Shown: piece by piece, positions 27,207-40,390 of the stretch
Layout of the letters: the number at the start of each line of letters is the position of its first letter
Position numbering within the stretch: position 1 is the stretch's first letter
From: Amphiscolops sp. MND2022
Taxonomy: Eukaryota
Assembly (NCBI GenBank): GCA_964187785.1
Contig: OZ076409.1
Span: 5,458,001-5,522,000, forward strand
Direction of reading: 5' to 3'
Length of the DNA stretch: 64,000 nt
Notes under the pieces: model-generated
Told to the model about the DNA's origin: nothing
The model's database searches: none
Seen by the model: the letters and a program-made list of their open reading frames with translations, nothing else
Made by a program: the position numbers and the translations under genes

Positions 27207-27694
27207 TTTTTAGTCGGCGCTTTTCTTAAGAAAAGAGCCCGACTATTACAGTCACTCGTTTTTTTTATTTAAGACAGACTCGAAGCGACGAACGTTAAAA
27301 TTAACGTTCAACTACTAAACTACTAAATACAGTACTAAACTACTGGACCGGTAAAGGCAAACGGGGAGCGCATTCATTTACGTTTTAAACGTTACCTACA
27401 AGCCCGGACGGGACTATGGGGTCCCCCCTTTCGATTTTTTTTCGGCACTGTGAGACTTTTTTTCGAAACTTTTTTAATGTCCCCAAAGGGTCCCCCCTTT
27501 TAGTTTTTTGTTATTTTGCTACAGAATGCGTGTTTATAAATCAAAAAGGGTCCCCTCTTTTACATTTTTCAGCACTGTGCAACATTTTCCGAAAGAAAAA
27601 TTTTTTTTCGAAAATTTCAATTTTTTTTCCAAAAAATGTTTTGCGCTTTTTGAGCCTTAGATATAGCGCCGACTTGAGACGTTCCCGTCTTGTT
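27207..27694 (+). mobile_element. Non-autonomous Helentron-type (HINE/DINE-1-like) element, copy 1
   Basis: Subterminal IRs AGTCGGCGCT (27212) / AGCGCCGACT (27665), a 3' hairpin gacg..cgtc and T-rich ends. Related copy at 50197-50686. Confidence 0.7.
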
Positions 27695-27817
27695 ATAATC
27701 TACTGCAAATTGTTGCCCTTAGCAAGAACACAATATACTATTTTAGATTGAAGATTGAGAACGGTGATCAGATGGTGCCACTACAAGACAGGGGAGTCAA
27801 TGTGAGGCGCGACTTAC

Positions 27818-27992
27818 TTCAGTCCACTCATCCCTATCAGGATTATACACCTCTACTGTCGTGATTGCTATATGTCCAGTAGTAAAACCTCACACCACAT
27901 AGATTCTATCACCATTCAAGCATACTCCACATCCATAACGTGGTACTCGCATGTTGGAAATATTCTGCCAAGTTTTGTTGATGGGCGAGTAT
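27818..27992 (-). CDS. Kelch-repeat gene exon (contains an in-frame TGA)
   Basis: ttttcccag|A TAC... reads YSPINKTWQNISNMRVPRYGCGVCLNGDRIYVV*GFTTGHIAITTVEVYNPDRDEWTE|gtaagt: a canonical Kelch motif with canonical splice sites. Confidence 0.85.
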
Positions 27993-28738
27993 CTGGGAAA
28001 ACAAGATAAACAGCTCAACAAATTATGTATTGATGAGAGTGTCTGACATCAAAAACATGTGTGAGATCTCAGAACGTTTCAAAAGAGTTACAAAAGTTTC
28101 AGTTCTTTCAATGCCACGAAGCGTCTTGTTTGTAAAATCTCTTCTTTTTCAAATTTAAGACAGGCTATGTTGACTAACTAGATTTTATTCACAGTTCATG
28201 ACAACATATTGCCACTCGTGTCTGAGTCAACTACAAAAATTTTCACAAAATGAGACAATACTCAAACGTTTCAAATTTCATATCTGAGTATTGAAACTAC
28301 TGTGGAAGGTTCGATATTCTTTTCATTTCTTTTGAAAATAAACATGTTTGTATACAACATAATGATGTTTGTATAGTAGTGTTAACACTGATAGCAGACA
28401 ATTTGTCTGACTTTTCACATAGAATCAACAAGTTTGACAGGAAACAGATTATGTTGAGGGTCAATTTTCCGAACCATTATGACTGTAAAAGACCTTCAGT
28501 GTCTGCTAGGTGCTCTACTTCACCAAAATTTACGACTGCCTTAGTTGTCACACACACCTTAACAGGCTTCTTCAATCTCCTGTCTAAAGACTGGTTTTTA
28601 GCTTTGCTTTCAGTTTTTACCTTTGAGCCAAGTTTTCGAAAAGAAAACCGACAATTACAGACACTTGTATTGGTTGAAAGAACTTTCTGTAAACTCCTGA
28701 TTTCAGCACTTGTTTTGTAATTTTCAAAAAGTGCCACA

Positions 28739-29407
28739 TGTTACGACTATGCAAGGGTCGTTGTTTTGAACATATTTAATTCTTACAGTTCTCGTTGGTG
28801 TATAGAAGTTCCTAGACTCATTCTCAAAAGCATTGTCGTCTTCCACCCTCAGACTTTCTCCTGTTTTAGGTTTCATTAACTTCAACAGTTCTTTCTGGGA
28901 TTCCAAAAGTAGACATTTTATCTCAGAGTTATCTCTTGTTATCACATCCCTCAAGGAAGCCCTTAAGTTTTTCAAATTGATATTTTAAATTCTGGGCGAT
29001 AGGGCTCTAGACGGGCCTGAGACGGCCACTTCCTGATAATTAGTGTTTACATCCTCTACCGAAACTGGGGAAATTATTACATTACTTACGTTCTCAGAGG
29101 ACTCATGTTGATTGTTCTTCCTTTTCTGGCTTCTTGTAGATACTTCGGTGGAGAGATTAGGTTTTAAATTTTGAATTGATATTCAGTTATCCAAGGTTTT
29201 ATCCCAATGAACAAAGTACAAAACATGAATTCAGAGCACAGAACAACTGTTCCTTGAGTTTGAATAGACAAAAGTCCTTTACCCTTGGAAGTTTTTGATA
29301 TATATATATGGACAAATATATTATATATAGACAAAGATATATTATACATATATAAAGTAGTTTGAGGAATCCCGATCCTGACCAGGCAGACCATCAAATT
29401 AGGCACA
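28739..29407 (-). mobile_element. LTR/gag-start fragment (STRSQKRK...) ending in ...CGTAACA
   Basis: The minus-strand frame starts STRSQKRKNNQ (~29140) and continues as ORF 28724-28975. Similarity appears to stop at an ACA terminus (28739). Confidence 0.45.
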
Positions 29408-31054
29408 TTTTCAAGGCAAAACGTTTAAAATTAGTTTCTTTTCGCAACTAGAAATCTAACAAAATCAAAAATCACTGAGCAAAACCTTTCACCGAAGGCG
29501 CTTTGCGTATTGAAAAAATTTGTCACAAGGAAAAATTCACCTACCTCCATGTATGCGCAACCAGCTCTGCTGTATGGTAATATAGAAAACTTATGTGGGG
29601 GAAATGAAAAGTGTAACATGTGCAATTCAATTCTATCTTAGACAAATTGTGTAGTGAAGTGTCATTGACATTTCACACTCGACAAATATACGAAGCCAGC
29701 TTTTCTGTATGAAAGAAACATCAAAGCAAATTTGCCAGACTTCGTGCCATCCTGGCAAAAATTCTGGCAAAGGTTTGTATCAGTTACAATTTTTTGGCTC
29801 TTTTTTACAACCGTTGAGAATGAAGTTGTTCTGGTTTTTGTGAATTATACATAATGTTAAAACATGGGAAAAATGATTTACTCAATATCTCAGCGGAAAA
29901 TGATCTTAGACAAATCCACGGAAACAAAAAGTTGTAGATAATCAAAAGTTACACATATACTGCTTCTGAGTGTTTTATACAATCAATCAAGCAATCAGCA
30001 CCTGCCAAAACAGGTGTTAAGAACTGGTTTTTCTCATTGTTCTCGAGAAAGGTTGGAGTAAAACTAGTAACAGTTGTAAATTAGGTCCACTCTCATATAT
30101 GATTTTTCTTATGGTATACTCAGCTTGTATGTGACCCCAACAGGTGTTGAGATCAGGGTTGACCTTGAAACTTCCCTGATCAAAGGAACTTGCTCAACCG
30201 TTAGTTTTTGCGTAAAGGCTCATAGGAACAAAAATGTAGGGCATCAGAAAAAATCTCTTAAACAAATTTCAACTCAGTACTAAAAACTCACTGGTTATCA
30301 GGTGATAGAACTGGTGTGAAAATGGGTGTTTCTCCCTTTTCTCGTAACTGAGTAATCCTACTATAACGACTCAGGAAATCAAAGTTATAGACAAAAAAAA
30401 GAAAAATTTTTTTTCAGAAATAAAATTTTTATAACCCGAACCCAGCAATCAGCACCGGTCAAAATAGTCGTAAAAATGGGTTTTTATCATTTTTCTCGAG
30501 ATTGGTTGGTTCTGCTGTAAAAAGGTGGGGGACTAAAATTTTAGATATCCAAAAATGAACAACTTTTGTCCTTGACATTTTTTCTAACCTTGAACGCACA
30601 GGTGGGAAAAATAAAAACTTTGTTGAAAAATTTTTCTTTGAAATTATAACTTATACAAGCAAGGCTTGGAAAAAAAATTCATAAAAAACTTTTTTTCGTA
30701 AATGAAATATGCGAAGCCACCGAAGCTGTATTTATCATTCGAAGAATTTGTCTACGCGAAGCGCCTTCGGTGTGATAAATTTTAATACCTTAAACCCACA
30801 AAATAAAACTGTTTTTTAAACAAATTTGTTGAAAAATATATTTGATGAAATATTTTCAATTAAACTATTTTTTCTTTGATAAAAAGATATAGAAAAGTGT
30901 CATATTTGCAATTCGGATTATTAAAAACCCTTCAAGTCTGATCATTGTAAATCAGTAGAACATTTTGAAAAATTAAATCGATATTATTGTAAGAATGTAA
31001 TATAAAGATGCCTCTATCAGGTAAAGATTCACATTCAAGTACAGATGATCACAA

Positions 31055-34000
31055 GAACAAAACCAAACAACATGTTTGGTGTGAAGATTGTAATAAATTT
31101 ATCTCTGATAAAACAAGACATTTCTAAAGTGAAATTCATAACGCGATATCCCTTATCCTAAAAAGTCAACAAAATCAACAATTTCAACAAACGCAGAGCG
31201 CCTCCGGTTTAAAAATAATTGTGAATGAAAAAACATACATGAAACTTAAAATAAAACCAACTGGCAATCTTGAACATTGCGTAAATGAATTAATAAGTAA
31301 AGGATACTTTCCCCGATTTAAATGTCAATTGAGTTAGTTAGTTAGCTTAGTTTGTATAACACATCAACGGAGAAGAACATAGTTTTCACAAATTGTTAAA
31401 ATCAGATTTGAATTAAATATATATTAAAGAGAATGTTCACAACACGTTAATACAGAAATTAGATGCTAAACAATTAGAAGGATCAGGTTTTCAATTTCAA
31501 GAATTAGAGGAAGCCTTATTAGAAATGTATAAAATTAATGATTTCAAGCTTTTTCATACATTGAGTTTCCAGAGAAATATAGGAATAACAAATCAATTAT
31601 AAATTTTAAAAGTGATCAATTTTGTTTTTTATGGTGTATCTTAGCGTGTTTTTATCCGTTGAGGATCAAAAAACTAAACACCAAATTATTAAATGTAAAT
31701 GAATAAATTCAACCTAGATGGTTTAGGAATCCGTATGAAAGGTAAAGATATACCTAAGTGTGAAAGACTTAATACCCTCAATATAAATGTATTTGAACTC
31801 ACTGGAACAGTATGCGAAGCATGCAGAGCTGTGCTAACACCAATCCACATAAATGCGAACAATGATCAACCACAAATAGATTTATCATTGTATGAAAATC
31901 ATTTTTGTCTAATAACAAAATAACATTGTTTAATAGTTAAAGACTCACATAAGAAACATGTATGTAGAAGATGTTTGACAGCATTCAGTTCTGAGGATAT
32001 TCTCAATCAACACATTGACCGTTGTCAAAAACAAGAACCAACTAATGTCACAATTAGTTGGAAGGATCATCTAAAGATTGAAAATCACAATATGAAAATA
32101 CTTTACCTATTAGAGTAAATGCAGATTTCGAATGTATTAACCATCCTCAGAATAATCCATAACCGACAGCACTTTGTGTGATCCCAAAGTTACCTTGAAA
32201 AAATTTCCAATTGCAGTAGGATATTATCTAATTTCACCATTTGGAAACAAGTATTACTCATATTTCGGCAAAGGTTGTGTAAAATGGTTTGTAAAGGAAA
32301 TGTTGGCACTAGAAAAAAATGCAATTAACTATTTCAAAACAAACTTAGAGTTACAAACAACTCCTCAAGAAGAAGTAAAATTCCCAGAAGCTAAAGTGTG
32401 TTGGTTATGCGAAGCCAGCTTTGTTGTACCGGAGGCGCCCTGCGTATGCAAAAACCTTTTGATTCACTTACACAAAATGCTACCGAAGGCACCGAAGGCG
32501 CTCTGCGTGCTTTGCGTAAAGTTAGAAACCATGATCATCTTACTGGACACTACCGAGGAACAGCCCGTAATAAGTGTAATTTAAATTATAAACAAAAGGA
32601 TTCATATTTTGTTCCTATCTTTTTCCACAACTTTTCTGGGTATGAACAAATCAGACAACAACATGTTTGGTGTGAAGATTGTAATATATATTTCTGATAA
32701 AACAAGACATTTCCAAAGTGACAGTGAAATTCATAACGCGAGATCCCTTATCATAAGAAGTCAACAAAATCAACAATTTCAACAGAATCATCAACTTGGT
32801 CAAGATACGCAGAGCGCCTCCGGTGGAAAAATAATTGTGAACGAAAAAACATACATGAAACTTAAAATAAACCCACCTGGCAATCTTGAACACTGCATAA
32901 ATGAATTAAAAAAGTAAAGGGTACTTTCCCCGATTTAAATGTCAATTGAGTTAGTTAGCTTAGTTTGTAAAACACATCAACGGAGAAGAACATAATTTTC
33001 ACAAATGGGAAAATCAGATTTGAATTAAAAATATATTAAAGAGAATGTTCACAACAAGTTAATACAGAAATTAGATGCTAAACAATTAGAAGGATCAGGT
33101 TTTCAGTTTCAAAAATTAGAAGAAGCCATATTAGACATGCATAAAGTTAATGATATTCAAGCTTTTTCATACATTGAGTTGCCCGAAAAACATAGGAAAA
33201 ACAAATCATATAAAAATTTTAAAAAATGATCAATTTTGTTTTTTATGGTGTATCTTAGCGTGTGTTCATCCCGTTGAGGATCAAAAAACTAAACATCAAA
33301 TTATTAAATGCAAATGAATTAATTCAACCTAGATGGTTTAGGAATCCGTATGAAAGGTAAAGATATACCTAAGTGTGAAAGACTTAATACCCTCAAAATA
33401 AATGTATTTGAACTCACTGGAACAATATGCGAAGCCCGCAGAGCTGCGCTAAGACCAATCCACATAAATGCGAACAATGATCAACCACAAATAGACTTAT
33501 TATTGTATGAAAATCATTATTGTCTAATAACAAAATTACATTGTTTAATAGTTAAAGACTCACATGAGAAACATGTATGTAGAAGATGTTTAACAGCATT
33601 CAGTTCTGAGGATATTCTCAATCAACACATTGACCGTTGTCAAAAACAAGAACCAACTAATGTCACAATTAGTTGGAAGGATCATCTAAAGATTGAAAAT
33701 CACTATATAAAATTACCTTTACCTATTAGAGTGTATGCAGATTTCGAATGTATTAACCATCCTCAGAATAATCCAAAACCGACAGCAATTTGTGTAATCC
33801 CAAATGTACCTTTAAAACATATTCCAATTGCAGTAGGATATTATCTAATTTCACCATTTGGAAACAAGTATTACTCATATTTCGGCAAAGGTTGTGTAAA
33901 ATGGTTCGTAAAGGAAATGTTGGCACTAGAAAAAAAATGCAATTAACTATTTCAAAACAAACTTAGAATTACAAATAACTCCTCAGGAAGAAGTAAAATT

Positions 34001-37000
34001 CCCAGAAGCTAAAGTGTGTTGGTTATGCGAAGCCAGCTTTGTTGTACCGGGACGCCCTGCGTATGCGAAAAATCTTTTGATTCACTTACGCAAAATGCTA
34101 CCGAAGGCACCGAAGGCGCTCTGCATGCTTTACGTAAAGTTAGAAACCATGATCATCTTACTGGACACTACCGAGGAACAGCCCATAATAAGTGTAACTT
34201 GAATTGTAAACAAAAGCAATCAAATTTTGTTCCTATACTTTTCCACAATTTTTCTGGGTATGAACAAACCAGACAACATGTTTGGTGTGAAGATTGTAAT
34301 AAAAATATCTCTGATAAAACAAGACATTTCCAAAGTGACAGTGAAATTTATAGCGCGAGAACCCTTATCATAAGAAGTCAACAAAATCAAAAATTTCAAC
34401 AGAATCATCAACTTGGTCAAGATACGCAGAGCGCCTCCGGTGTAAAAACAATTGTAAACGAAAAAACATACAAGAAACGTGAAATGAATACAACTGGCAA
34501 TCTTGAACATTGAAAAAATGAATTAATAAGTAAAGGGTACTTTCACCGATTTAAATGTCAATTGAGTTACTTAGCTTAGTTTGTAAAACACATCAACGGA
34601 GAAGAACATAGTTTTCACAAATCGGTAAAACCAGATTTGAATAATATTTATATTAAAGAGAATGTTCACAACACATTAATACAAAAATTAGATGATGAAC
34701 AAATAGAAGGATCATGTTTCCAATTTCAAGAGTCAGAAGAAGCCTTATTAGAAATATATAAAGTTAATGATATTCAATCTTTTTCATGGATTGAGTTGCC
34801 AGCAAAATATAAGAATAATAAATCAAACATAAATATAAAAAATGATGATCAATTTTGTGTTTTATGGTGTATCTTAGCGTATTTTTATGCTGTTGAGGAT
34901 CATAAAAACAGAACATCATATTATTCAATGCTTATGAATAAATTCAACCTAGAAGGTTTAGAAATATCACACTGCATCCTTTTTGAAAAATTAAAGGAAC
35001 TCAATTTCGAGGACAAATCAATTTCAGTTATAAAGAACTATATCACGGGAAGAATTCAGAAAGTCACCCTGGATTCATGTAATTCTGATTGGATCGAATT
35101 ATATCAAGGTGTTCCTCAAGGCACCGTATTAGGGCCATTACTTTTCAATATTTATGTGAATAGTATGAAACAGACCATCTCCAATCAATGTAAATTGGTA
35201 CAATATGCAGACGATACCATGATATTATGTTCTGATAAAGATGAAAATCATGCTCTCAACAAGTTGGAAAAAGATATTGAACAACTTATACATTTTTTTG
35301 AAAACCATCGGTTGACAATCAATGCAGACAAAACAGAATTTATACTTTTTTGTAAACCATAAAAAAACAACGATGTCAAAAGTTACAAATTGCACGTGAA
35401 AGATCAACTAATTAAACATTCGAACTCAGTCAAATATCTGGGAATTTTCCTTGATCAGAATCTCACATTTCAAGATGAAGTAAAAAGTATTTTGCAGAAA
35501 ATGAGTTGTGGTATCAAATGTCTATACTCAATACGAGATCTTTTTCCTGAAAAAACACGATTGATGCTGTTAAATGCATTGATAGTTAGTCATCTACAGT
35601 ACTCGGCTGTTCTTTTGACCGGAATTACTGAAAATCTAATGACCACGTTAGAGAAACAACTTAACTGGGCTATTAGGGCATGTTTTTTTCGCACTAAATA
35701 CGATCATTCCTCAGATCTGAAATTACAGTATAAAATCTTACCGGTACGATATTTGCTCAACATGAAAACGGTACTTTATTTTTGGAAATGGAAAAATAAA
35801 ATGATCCCGGCTCTTATTGGTGAAAATGAACCATCAACCACTCAGCTCAGATTTCTTGAAAGAACAGATATACTTGTATATACTGGGCGCTGTGAGAGTA
35901 CTTTCATGAGAAATAGCTTTTTTAAGAAAACCGTCTCTCTATGGAACACCTTGCCGAAAAACTTGAAAACTAAATCGTACTCATATGCAACTATAAAGAA
36001 CAAGACCAAAGTTTTTTTCCTCAAACAACTTGAACGAGAAGTGGATACACCCGAGTACGGTAAAAAATGTTGGAGGGATTATCAATTTAGATGAAAGTTC
36101 TTTTTAATTTCGACCTCAATATTTTCAAATTGTATTTGTACACTACTTTTTTACTGAATCTTTCATGATTTTAGTAACAAAGATCAATACAGTGTTTTTT
36201 TTAAATTCCTATGAAAGTGAAAAATATATCAACTTTGAAAGACTTAATACCCTCAATATAAATGTATTCGAACTCACTGGAACAGTATGCGAAGCCCGCA
36301 GAGCTGTGCTAACACCAATCCACATAAAAACGAACTATGATCAACCACAAATAGACTTATTATTGTATGAAAATCATTATTGTCTAATAACAAAATTACA
36401 TTGTTTAATAGTTAAAGACTCACATATGAAACATGTATGTAGAAGATGTTTAACAGCATGCAGTTCTGAGGATATTCTCAATCAACACATTGACAGTTGT
36501 CAAAAACAAGTGCCAACTAATGTCACATTTAGTTAGGAGGATCATCTAAAGTTTGAAAATCACTATATGAAATTACCTTTACCTATTAGAGTGTATGCAG
36601 ATTTCGAATGTATTAACCATCCTCAGAATAATCCAAAACCGACAGCACTTTGTGTAATCCCAAATGTACCTTTAAAACATATTCCAATTGCAGTAGGATA
36701 TTATGTAATTTCACCATTTGGAAACAAGTATTACTCATATTTCGGCAAAGGTTGTGTAAAATGGTTCGTAAAGGAAATGTTGGCACTAGAAAAAAAATGC
36801 AATTAACTATTTCAAAACAAACTTAGAATTACAAATAACTCCTCAAGAAGAAGTAAAATTCCCAGAAGCTAAAGTGTGTTGGTTATGCGAAGCCAGCTTT
36901 GTTGTACCGGGACGCCGTGCGTATGCGAAAAACCTTTTGATTCACCTACGCAAAATGCTACCGAAGGCACCGAAGGCGCTCTGCGAGCTTTACGTAAAGT

Positions 37001-40000
37001 TAGAAACCATGATCATCTTACTGGACACTACCGAGGAACAACCCATAATAAGTGTAACTTAAATTGTAAACAAAAGCAATCAAATTTTGTTCCTATATTT
37101 TTCCACATTTTTTCTGGCTATGAACAAACCAGACAACAACATGTTTGGTGTGAAGATTGTAATAAGTTTATCTCTGATGAAACAAGACATTTCCAAAGTG
37201 GAAGTGAAATTCATAACGCGAAATCCCCTATCATAAGAAGTCAACAAAATCAACAATTTCAACAGAATCATCAACTTGGTCAAGATACGAAGAGCGCCTC
37301 TGGTGTAAAAATAATTGTGAACGAAAAAACATACATGAAACTTGAAATAAATCCAATTGGCAATCTTGAATATTGAATAAATGATTTATTAAGTAAAGGA
37401 TACTTTCCCCGATTTAAATGTCAATTGAGTTAGTTAGCTTAGTTTGTATAACACATCAACGGAGAAGAACATAGTTTTCACAAATGGGTAAAACCAGATT
37501 TGAATTATATTTATATTAAAGAGAATGTTCACAACACATTAATACAAAAATTAGACGATGAACAAATAGAAGGATCAGGTTTTCAATTTCAAGAGTCAGA
37601 AGAAGCCCTTTTAGAAATATATAAAGGTAATGATATTCAAGTTTTTTTCATAGATTGAGTTGCCAGCAAAATATAAGAATGATAAATCAAACATAAATAT
37701 AAAAAATGATGATCAGTTTTGTGTTTTATGGTGTATCTTAGCGTATTTTTATCCTGTTGAGGATCATAAAAACAGAACATCATATTATTAAATGCATATG
37801 AATAAATCCAACCTAGAAGGTTTAGAAATTCCTATGAAAGTTAAAGATATATCAACTTTGAAAGACTTAATACCCTCAATATAAATGTATTTGAACTCAC
37901 TGGAAAAGTATGCGAAGCCCGCAGAGCTGTGCTATTACCAATCTACATAAATACGAACCATGATCAACCACAAATAGACTTATTATTGAATGAAAATCAT
38001 TATTGTCTAATAACAAAATTACATCGTTTAATAATTAAAGACTCACATATGAAACATGTATGTAGAAGATGTTTAACAGCATGCAGTTCTGAGGATATTC
38101 TCAATCAACACATTGACAGTTGTCAAAAACAAGAACCAACTAATGTCACATTTAGTTAGAAGGATCATCTAAATTTGAAAATCACTGTATGAAAATTCCT
38201 TTACCTATTAGAATGTATGCAGATTTCGAATGTATTAACCAACCTCAGAATAATCCAAATACCGAAGGCACTTTGTGTAATCCCAAAGTATCAATAAAAC
38301 AATTTCCAATTGGAGTAGCATATTATCTCATTTCACCATTTGGAAACAACTATTTCTCATACATCTGCAAAGGTTGTGTAAAATGGCTTGTAAAGGAAAT
38401 GTGGACACTAGAAAAAAATGCAATTAACTATTTCAAAACAAACTTAGAATTACAAATAACTCCTCAAGAAGAAGAAAAATTCCAAGAAGCTAAAGTGTGT
38501 TGGTTATGCGGAGCCAGTTTTGCTGTACCGGGGGCGCCCTGCGTATGCGAAAAACCTTTTGATTCACTTACGCAAAATGCTACCGAAGGCATCGAAGGCG
38601 CTCTGCGTGCTTTGCGTAAAGTTAGAAACCATGATATTCTTACTGGACACTACCGAGGAACAGCCCAAAATAAGTGTATTTAAATTGTAAACAAAAGCAA
38701 TCAAAATTTGTTCCTTTATTTTTTCACAACGTTTCTGGGTATGAACAAACCAGACAACAACATGTTTGGTGTGAAGATTGTGATAAACTTATCTCTGATG
38801 AAACAAGACATTTCCAAAGTGGAATTGAAATTCATAACGCGAGATCTCTTATCCTAAGAAGTCAACAAATTCCACAATTTCAACAGAATCATCAACTTGG
38901 TCAAGATACGCAGAGCTCCTCCGGTGTAAAACTAATTGTGAATGAAAAAACATACATGAAACTTAAAATATATCTAACTGGCAATCTTGAACATTGCATA
39001 AATGAATTAAAAAGTGAAGGGTTAATAAGTAAGTAACATTCCCCGATTTAAATGTCAATTGAGTTAGTTAGCTCAGTTTATAAAACACATCAACGGAGAA
39101 AAACTTAGTTCTCACAAATGGGTAAAATCAGATTTGAATTATATTTATAATAAAGAGAATGTTCACAACACATTAATACAGAAATTAGATGATGAACAAT
39201 TAAAGGGATCAGATTTTGAATTTCAAGAGTTAGAAGAAGCCTTATTAGAAGTATATAAAGTTATTGATATTCAAGTTTTTTCATACATTGAGTTGCCAGC
39301 AAAATATAGGAATAATAAATCAATCATAAATATGAAAAATAATATTCAATTTTGTTTTTTATGGTGTATCCAAGCGTATTTGTATCCCGTTGAGGATCAT
39401 AAAAACAGAACATCATACTATTCAATGCCTATGAATAAGTTCAACCTAGAAGGTTCAGAAATCCCTATGAAAGGTAAAGATATACCTAACTTTGAAAGAC
39501 TTATTACCCTCAATATAAATGTATTTGAACTCACTGGAACAGTATGCGAAGCCCACAGAGCTGTGCTAAGACCAATCCACATAAATACGAACTATGATCA
39601 GCCACAAATAGACTTATTATTGTATGAAAATCAATATTGTCTAATAACAAAATTACATTGTTTAATAGTTAAAGACTCACATATGAAATATGTATGTAGA
39701 AGATGTTTAACAGCATTCAGTTCTGAGGAAGTTCTCAATCAATCAACACATTGACCGTTGTCAAAAACAAGAACCAACTAATGTCACATTTAGTTGGAAG
39801 GATCATCTAAATTTGAAAATCACTATATGAAAATACCTTTACCTATTAGAGTGTATGCAGATTTAGAATGTATAAACCAACCTCAGAATAATCCAAATAT
39901 CGAAGGCACTTTGTGTAATCCCAAAGTATCAATAAATCAATTTCCAATTGCAGTAGGGCATTATCTAATTTCACAATTTGGAAACAAGTATTACTCATAC

Positions 40001-40390
40001 TTGGGCAAAGGTTGTGTAAAATGGTAAAATGGTTTGTAAGTGAAATGTTGGCACTAGAAAAAATGCAAATAATTATTTAAAAAACAAACATAGAATTACA
40101 AATAACTCCTGAAGAAGAAGTAAAATTCCAAGAAGCCAAAGTGTGTTGGTTATGCGAAGCCAGCTTTGTTGTACCGGAGGCGCCCTGCGTATGCAAAAAC
40201 CTTTTGATTCACTTACGCAAAATGCTACCGAAGGCACCGAAGGCGCTCTGCATGCTTTACGTAAAGTTAGAAACCATGATCATCTTACTGGACACTACCG
40301 AGGAACAGCCCATAAAAAGTGTAAGTTAAATTGTAAACAAAAGCAATTAAATTTTGTTCCTATATTTTACTACAATTTTTCTGGTTATGA
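31055..40390 (+). repeat. Five diverged tandem copies (~1.6 kb) of the polB 5' half
   Basis: Units start at ~31055, 32645, 34264, 37123 and 38744. Each junction reads ...tctgg(g/c)tatga|acaaa(c/t)cagacaac. Only the fifth copy continues into GYDCH and the palm domain. Confidence 0.95.
34966..36202 (+). mobile_element. 5'-truncated non-LTR retrotransposon (CR1/L2-group RT) inserted in polB copy 3
   Basis: GVPQGTVLGPLLFNIYVN, QYADDT, NADKTE, KYLGIFLD, ..SLWNTLP. One stop at 35360. aaat duplicated at 34962-34965 and 36203-36206; the empty site ggtttagaaattcctatg is visible in copy 4. Confidence 0.93.

Noticed and set aside
27416..27751. 111-aa Phe-rich ORF (and 50364-50591)
   Set aside because: Chance frames in the T-rich HINE repeat.
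27890..27892. Selenocysteine or alternative genetic code for the TGA
   Set aside because: The position is a conserved Gly one substitution away (GGA); no SECIS element was recognised; TGA behaves as stop elsewhere.
28379..28737. Overlapping ORFs as an extra Kelch-gene exon
   Set aside because: No Kelch/BACK motif, and the flanking exons already join in phase without it.
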